From: an uncultured Actinomycetota bacterium
GTDB lineage: Bacteria > Actinomycetota > Actinomycetes > JAFAQI01
Direction of reading: 5' to 3'
Length of the DNA stretch: 64,000 nt
NCBI GenBank assembly: GCA_963770565.1
Contig: CAVYQE010000002.1
Span: forward strand, 480,001-544,000
Below, one piece after another: positions 58,597-64,000 of the stretch. The notes beneath the pieces were generated by a model. That model was not told the DNA's origin. It did not search any database and saw nothing but the letters and a program-made list of their open reading frames with translations. Position 1 is the stretch's first letter. Every line of letters starts with the position of its first letter. A program made the translations under genes and the position numbers.

Positions 58597-59541
58597 GTGG
58601 GAACGGCGCCGGCGGGCGATCTCGGCGAGCGCGATCCCGGTCGCGACCGAGGCGTTGAGCGACTCGACCGCGGAGTGCAGTGGGATCCGTACGGTCAGGT
58701 CGCAGGTCTCGGCGACCAGCCGTGACAGGCCCTTGCCCTCGGCACCGACCACGAGGACCAGCGGGCTGGTCGCGAGCTCCAGCCCGTCGAGGTCGATCTC
58801 ACCGCGGCCGTCGAGCCCGGCCAGCATCAAACCCGCCTCGGCGTAGGACTTCAGGGTCCGCACCAGGTTGGTCACCCGGGCGACGGGCAGATGCGCCAAG
58901 GTGCCGGCACTCGCCTTCCAGGCGGCCGGGGTCACCCCGACCGCACGCCGCTCGGGAAGGAGCAGGCCGTGCGCGCCGAACGCGCTGGCGGATCTCGCAA
59001 TCGCACCGAGGTTGTGCGGATCTGTGACGCCGTCGAGCGCGACGATCAGGGGCGGGTCCGGCTCTTCGAGTACCCGCCGGAGCAGGTCGGACGCCTCGAT
59101 GTAGTCGAACGGCCGCACGAGGAGGGCGACCCCTTGATGCGGGGCGTCGCCCGCGATCCGGTCGAGGTCGAGCCGCGAGACGTCCTGCACCACGACCTCG
59201 CGGGCACCGGCCAGCTTTCGCGCCTCGACGATTCGCTCGTCGTGCGCCAGCCCGGTCGCGACATAGAGCGTCGTGGCCGGCACCGATGCCCGCAGCGCCT
59301 CGACGACCGCGTTGCGACCGGCGACCAGCTCGTCCATCCCGGGTGGGCGCCGCCGCGACCGCGAGCCGCCCGCCCCACCCGAGCTGCTGCGAGCCGCCTG
59401 TGCACGTTTCGCCGCGCTTCGCGCCGCCCGCGCGGCCGGATGCTTCGGCCGCTCGTGCGCCGGCGGGGTCGGGCCGCGTCCTTCGAGCCGGCGCCGGCCG
59501 TGCCCGCCGGTGCCCTTGATCGGACCCTTCTTTCCGGCCAT
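58594..59541 (-). CDS. rlmB: 23S rRNA G2251 2'-O-methyltransferase
   Basis: GRNAVVEAL, HQGV, LDGVTDPHNLGAIARS, GAEGKG, ESLNASVA. Confidence 0.96.
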   Translation of the reverse strand: MAGKKGPIKGTGGHGRRRLEGRGPTPPAHERPKHPAARAARSAAKRAQAARSSSGGAGGSRSRRRPPGMDELVAGRNAVVEALRASVPATTLYVATGLAHDERIVEARKLAGAREVVVQDVSRLDLDRIAGDAPHQGVALLVRPFDYIEASDLLRRVLEEPDPPLIVALDGVTDPHNLGAIARSASAFGAHGLLLPERRAVGVTPAAWKASAGTLAHLPVARVTNLVRTLKSYAEAGLMLAGLDGRGEIDLDGLELATSPLVLVVGAEGKGLSRLVAETCDLTVRIPLHSAVESLNASVATGIALAEIARRRRSH

Positions 59542-60917
59542 CAGCCGACGTACCAGCGCGGGCCCTGCGGGGTGTCCTCGACCACCACGCCGGCATCGGT
59601 CAGGGCATCGCGGATCCGGTCGCTTTCGGCGAAGTCCTTGCGCTCGCGTGCGGTCTGCCGTGCTTCGAGCAACGCTGGAACGATCGCCTCCACCACCTGC
59701 CGCAGCGCAGAATCGTTGGAATCATTGGCAAAATCGCCTGGCCACAAACCCAGGACGCGAGTCATCGCAGCGACCTCGGCGAGCGACTGCCGGCCGGCCG
59801 CCTCGTCGCCGTCGGCCAACGCACTGTTGCCGACCCGTACCGCCTCGTGCAGGACGCCGAGGGCGGCCGGCACGGCAAGGTCGTCGTCCATCGCATCGAC
59901 GAACGCCTGCGGTGGCGCTGCGTCGTCGGGCGCCGCGCCGTACCGTTCGGACGCCCGCTGGATGAAGCCTTCGATCCGGGAGTACGCCGCATCGGCCTCG
60001 ACGAGTCCGGGCTCGCTCCACTCCGTGTCGGAGCGATAGTGCGGCGCGGCCAGCGCGTAACGCAGCGCCGGGGCCCGAGCAGCGGCAAGCAGGTCGGCCA
60101 CGAACAGCGAGTTGCCGAGCGACTTGCTCATCTTCGTGCCGGAGGTGTTGAGCATGCCGTTGTGCAGCCAGAACCGCGCGAACCCGTCACCGACCGCCTT
60201 CGACTGCGCGAGCTCGTTCTCGTGGTGCGGGAAGACCAGGTCGAGGCCGCCACCGTGAATGTCGAACACCGGCCCCAGGTACTTGGTCGCCATCGCGGAG
60301 CACTCGATGTGCCAGCCCGGGCGACCCGGGCCCCACGGCGTCTCCCAGAACGGCTCGCCCGGCTTCGCTCCTTTCCATAAGGCGAAGTCGCGCGGGTCAC
60401 GCTTGGCGCCGGCGTCCTCAGACGGCTGCATCGCGTCGGGGCGCTGGCCGGACAGCTCGCCGTACGGCGAGTAGGACCGCACGTCGAAGTAGACGTCGCC
60501 ACCGGCAGCGTAGGCGTGGTCCGCGTCGATCAACCGCTGGATCAGCTCGACGATCTCGGGGATGTGCCCGGTCGCGCGTGGCTCGCCGCTCGGCTCCAGG
60601 TTGTTGAGCCCGCGGTATCCAGCCTGGAACTGCCGGGTCATCTCGGTGCCGAGCGCCCACCACGGCACGCCCTGGGCGGCGGCGTTGACGAGCACCTTGT
60701 CGTCGATGTCGGTGACATTGCGCAGGTGCACCACGTCGTACCCGCTGGCGGCTAACCAGCGGCGGACGATGTCCGAGGCGACCGCTGACCGCATGTGCCC
60801 AATGTGCGGCGCGGACTGCACGGTGGGGCCGCAGACATACATCGTCACCGCGCCGGGAAGCACCGGCTCGAAGTCGGCGATCGCCCGGCGTCGGGTGTCA
60901 TACAACCGCAGCGCCAC
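59541..60917 (-). CDS. cysS: Cysteine--tRNA ligase
   Basis: [36 protein letters not shown]; TAGGCT 7 nt before GTG. Confidence 0.98.
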   Translation of the reverse strand: MALRLYDTRRRAIADFEPVLPGAVTMYVCGPTVQSAPHIGHMRSAVASDIVRRWLAASGYDVVHLRNVTDIDDKVLVNAAAQGVPWWALGTEMTRQFQAGYRGLNNLEPSGEPRATGHIPEIVELIQRLIDADHAYAAGGDVYFDVRSYSPYGELSGQRPDAMQPSEDAGAKRDPRDFALWKGAKPGEPFWETPWGPGRPGWHIECSAMATKYLGPVFDIHGGGLDLVFPHHENELAQSKAVGDGFARFWLHNGMLNTSGTKMSKSLGNSLFVADLLAAARAPALRYALAAPHYRSDTEWSEPGLVEADAAYSRIEGFIQRASERYGAAPDDAAPPQAFVDAMDDDLAVPAALGVLHEAVRVGNSALADGDEAAGRQSLAEVAAMTRVLGLWPGDFANDSNDSALRQVVEAIVPALLEARQTARERKDFAESDRIRDALTDAGVVVEDTPQGPRWYVG

Positions 60918-60999
60918 GCGGTGCAGCCTAAGGCGGTTCGTGAGTCACCCGCCGCACCACCGCAGCACGAATGCCTCGAGACCCGATCAGAAAGACCGT

Positions 61000-61611
61000 T
61001 CAGCCGTGGTTCGAGCCCATCACGTGGTCGGCGAACATCTCGACCGCGCTGTCGACCAGCCGGAGATAGCGGTCGCCTCCGGGTTGGTTGGCGAGCTGCT
61101 GGCCTGCCACCCCTGCAACGACCGCGGTCCACAGGTCGAAATCAGCGTCGCTTCGAAGCCCGGCCTTGCGCAGCACCGTCCGTCCCCGGGTGAACACCTC
61201 GACCGCGGTCGCGTACGACTCCGCCGTCGGCTCGAAATCGGGGATCGTGCGCATGAACAGCAGCTCGTAGCGGGCCTGGTCCTCGGCGGCGAAGGTCACG
61301 AAGAGGCGGGCGGTCGAGCGAAGGAGTTCACGGGGGTCGTCGCTGAGCTCGAGCAGTTCGAACCTGGCTAGCAACTCACGGTTGGCATCGGCGAACAGCC
61401 GATCGTAAACAGCGTGCTTCGACGCGAAGTACGTGTAGAGCGACGGCGGCTCCATGTTCACCGCTTTCGCCAAAGCCCGAAGTGACAGCGCGTTGAGCCC
61501 CTGGGCCCGGATCATCGCCCAGGCGGCATCGACGATCTCCTGCTTGGTGGTCTCATGTCGCAATCGGCGCCGGTCACGGCGGCCGGATCCGACCGGGACA
61601 GTCGCGGGCAC
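61000..61611 (-). CDS. TetR/AcrR family regulator
   Basis: EIVDAAW...LSLRALAKAVNMEPPSLYTYFASK. Confidence 0.93.
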   Translation of the reverse strand: MPATVPVGSGRRDRRRLRHETTKQEIVDAAWAMIRAQGLNALSLRALAKAVNMEPPSLYTYFASKHAVYDRLFADANRELLARFELLELSDDPRELLRSTARLFVTFAAEDQARYELLFMRTIPDFEPTAESYATAVEVFTRGRTVLRKAGLRSDADFDLWTAVVAGVAGQQLANQPGGDRYLRLVDSAVEMFADHVMGSNHG

Positions 61612-61641
61612 GGATTGACTTTAGCCGATCCCCGTACGATC

Positions 61642-61660
61642 ATCCTAACAGTATTTGGAT
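61642..61660. promoter_or_regulatory. Candidate TetR operator
   Basis: ATCCTAACAGTATTTGGAT imperfect palindrome in the divergent intergenic region. Confidence 0.6.
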
Positions 61661-61693
61661 TTCCGAACGACAATCGACATAGGGGATTGCGCC

Positions 61694-62455
61694 GTGACCA
61701 TCACTCAGACGACAGCCGTCGACGCGATCCGGGTCGGGCCGCTGCACCACACCGAGGCCATGAGGCTGGCGGAGACCGAGTTCGGCCGCATGGTGACCGG
61801 ACTGCGCGGCCTGTCCGTACAGGACTGGAACCGCGACACGGTGTGCTCGGGGTGGGACGTGCGTGCGATGGCGTCGCACGTATTGGGCATGGCCGAAGCA
61901 CAGGCCTCGATTCGGCAGTTCGCGCATGACTATCGGGCGGCTCAGAAGCGCTCCACCGGCAAGATGATCGACGCACTGACCGGGACTCAGGTCCGCGAAC
62001 GATCGGCTATGACCGGAGCCGAGATCGCAGACGCCCTCGCCGTCATCGCCCCGAAGGCGGTGCGGGCGCGGCGGCGAACCCCGGCCCTCGCGCGCTGGGC
62101 AGTCCGGATGAAGCAGGATCCGCCCTTCGACGCGGAGCGCTGGCGATACGGCTATCTCGTCGACACGATCTTCACCCGCGACACGTGGCTGCACCGGCTC
62201 GACATCAGCCGCGCAACCGGTCAGCCCATGGTCCTGTCGGCCGACCACGACGGTCGGCTCATTGCCGACGTAGTCGCGGACTGGGCGCGCCGGCACGGCA
62301 AGCCCTTCAGACTGTCGCTCACCGGAGTCGCCGGCGGAAGCTGGTACGCCGGCAGCGGCGGCGACACGATCGAGATGGACGCCCTCGACTTCTGCTGGAC
62401 GGTCGGGTCGCGCGAACCCGGCGCCGGCCTGCTTGCCACCGAGGTTCCGTTCTGA
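61694..62455 (+). CDS. Mycothiol-dependent maleylpyruvate isomerase (MDMPI/DinB) family protein
   Basis: DWNRDTVCSGWDVRAMASHV, DTWLHRLDI. Confidence 0.88.
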   Translation: MTITQTTAVDAIRVGPLHHTEAMRLAETEFGRMVTGLRGLSVQDWNRDTVCSGWDVRAMASHVLGMAEAQASIRQFAHDYRAAQKRSTGKMIDALTGTQVRERSAMTGAEIADALAVIAPKAVRARRRTPALARWAVRMKQDPPFDAERWRYGYLVDTIFTRDTWLHRLDISRATGQPMVLSADHDGRLIADVVADWARRHGKPFRLSLTGVAGGSWYAGSGGDTIEMDALDFCWTVGSREPGAGLLATEVPF

Positions 62456-62748
62456 TGGTTACCACCACGATCACCCGCTTCCACGCGGCGGCCGGACGTG
62501 AGGACGCCCTGAGAGCACTGGCGACCCTGGGCCGTGACCGAATGCGGACCGCCGACGGGTGCACGTCGTTCGACCTGCTTCAGGACGAGGCCGACCCCCG
62601 TGCCTTGATCTTCATCCAGCATTGGGTGTCGCACGAGGCACACGACACCGCGTTCGCGCAGCGCATCGTCACGACCGGCCACCTCGACAAAGTGCTCGCT
62701 GCGATCGATGAGCCGATCGTTCAGCACTCATACCAGACCACGGCGTAG
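62455..62748 (+). CDS. Antibiotic biosynthesis monooxygenase (ABM) family protein
   Basis: TGATG overlap; GREDAL...DGCTSFDLLQD...FIQHWVSHEAH. Confidence 0.85.
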   Translation: MVTTTITRFHAAAGREDALRALATLGRDRMRTADGCTSFDLLQDEADPRALIFIQHWVSHEAHDTAFAQRIVTTGHLDKVLAAIDEPIVQHSYQTTA

Positions 62749-62779
62749 CACCGAGCGGGCCAGAGTCCGCCACCAAGCC

Positions 62780-62844
62780 GAGTTGATCATGGCGAAGAGC
62801 GCGCTTTTCCCGCGATTCTTCGCGGGTTTCGCCATGATCAACTC
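62780..62844. repeat. Family A element, copy A3
   Basis: GAGTTGATCATGGCGAA-N31-TTCGCCATGATCAACTC; inner segment resembles the reverse complement of that in A2. Confidence 0.93.
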
Positions 62845-62852
62845 AGGACTTG

Positions 62853-64000
62853 CTACGGACGTTCCACGAGCAGAGCGAGGCCCTGGCCGACGCCGACGCA
62901 GAGGGTGGCCAGTCCGCGGCGGGCGTCCTCGCGCTCCATCCGGCCGAGCAACGTGACCGTCACGCGCGCGCCCGAGCACCCGAGCGGGTGGCCCAGCGCG
63001 ATCGCACCGCCGTCGAGGTTGACCCGCTCGAGGTCGAGACCGAGCCGGCGGACGCAGGCCAGCACCTGCACCGCGAACGCCTCATTGATCTCGATCGCAT
63101 CGATGTCGTCGAGCGACCAGCCGGACCGGGCGAGCACCTTCGAGGTTGCGATCACAGGCCCGAGCCCCATGGTCGACGGCGGTACGGCGCCACTCGCACT
63201 CGCGACCACCCGGGCCCGCGGGGTGAGGCCATAGCGCTCGAGTGCCGCCTCGCTTGCCACGATCATGGCCGCCGCGCCGTCGGACAGCGGAGAGGACGAT
63301 CCGGCGGTGACGACGCCGCCCTCGCGGAACGCCGGCCTCAGCCGGGCCAGCTGCTCGAGACTGGTGTCGGCCCGCGGACCCTCGTCGGCCGTCACCGGCC
63401 CGGTCTTGGTCTCGACCGCACACAGCTCGGCGTCGAAGCGACCGTCCTTGGCCGCAGCGACCGCACGCACGTGTGATCGGAGCGCGAAGGCGTCCGAGTC
63501 CTCTCGAGTGACCGCAGCGAGCGCGGCCACCTCCTCCGCGGTCTCGCCCATCGACAGGGTGGCCTTGCCGCCGTCGACCTCGCGCATCCGCGGGTTGACG
63601 AAGCGCCATCCGAGCGAAGTGTCGAAGACCTCGCCCGGTCGCGCCCATGGCGTCCCGGGCTTGGCCATCACCCACGGCGCCCGGGTCATCGACTCGACCC
63701 CGCCAGCGACGATCAGGTCGGCCTCGCCGGCCCGGATCGTCTGAGCCGCGGCGACGACGGCCTGCAGCCCGCTGGCGCACAGCCGGTTCACCGTGTAGCC
63801 GGGGGTCGCGTCGGGCAGTCCGGCAAGAAGCGCGGCCATCCGGGCAACATTCCGGTTGTCCTCGCCGGCCTGGTTCGCCGCGCCGAGGACGACCTCCTCG
63901 ACCGCGTCGTCGGGCACCTGCGACCGCGACAGCGCCTCGCGGACGACGAGCGCGGCAAGGTCGTCCGGACGGACCGACGACAGCACCCCGCCGTACCGGC
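62853..64000 (-). CDS. Acetyl-CoA C-acyltransferase (thiolase, PcaF-like); 5' end outside the window
   Basis: ANQAGEDNRNVARM, NRLCASG, NEAFA, GHPLGCSG, LCVGVGQG. Confidence 0.95.
   Translation of the reverse strand, partial: RYGGVLSSVRPDDLAALVVREALSRSQVPDDAVEEVVLGAANQAGEDNRNVARMAALLAGLPDATPGYTVNRLCASGLQAVVAAAQTIRAGEADLIVAGGVESMTRAPWVMAKPGTPWARPGEVFDTSLGWRFVNPRMREVDGGKATLSMGETAEEVAALAAVTREDSDAFALRSHVRAVAAAKDGRFDAELCAVETKTGPVTADEGPRADTSLEQLARLRPAFREGGVVTAGSSSPLSDGAAAMIVASEAALERYGLTPRARVVASASGAVPPSTMGLGPVIATSKVLARSGWSLDDIDAIEINEAFAVQVLACVRRLGLDLERVNLDGGAIALGHPLGCSGARVTVTLLGRMEREDARRGLATLCVGVGQGLALLVERP

Overview
GC-rich actinobacterial chromosome segment (inferred from the pdxH-citA-serC, DUF2530-DUF3027-cspB, groEL2-otsA/otsB-DUF3263 and cysS-rlmB blocks), interleaved with small accessory modules. 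About 65 CDS can be supported, plus tRNA-Thr(TGT), a SAM-I riboswitch, a c-di-AMP (ydaO) riboswitch, tandem CIRCE operators and many apparently leaderless genes. No transposase, integrase, cas gene or CRISPR array was seen. The most striking unexplained structure is a set of dispersed fixed-geometry palindromic elements: four copies of an ~85-bp element with three ATGT(C/G)ACAT cores exactly 31 bp apart, one element with a different core (ATGG(C/G)CCAT) but the identical 31+31 lattice, three 61-bp GTTGATCATGGCG...CGCCATGATCAAC elements and a variant 10 bp longer. They sit at gene 3' ends and some supply stop codons or a C-terminus. Other notable items: an in-frame HAD phosphatase-LarE fusion, a SAM-riboswitch-controlled ThrC-like/sulfur-carrier pair, a DUF2231-folE operon under a Cys-rich regulator, an E. 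coli-type serA coupled to a D-2-hydroxyglutarate-dehydrogenase-like gene, and a plant-AMT2-like amt with an extra small membrane ORF coupled to glnK. All calls come from motif recognition by eye; no database searches were run, and many start codons are best estimates.
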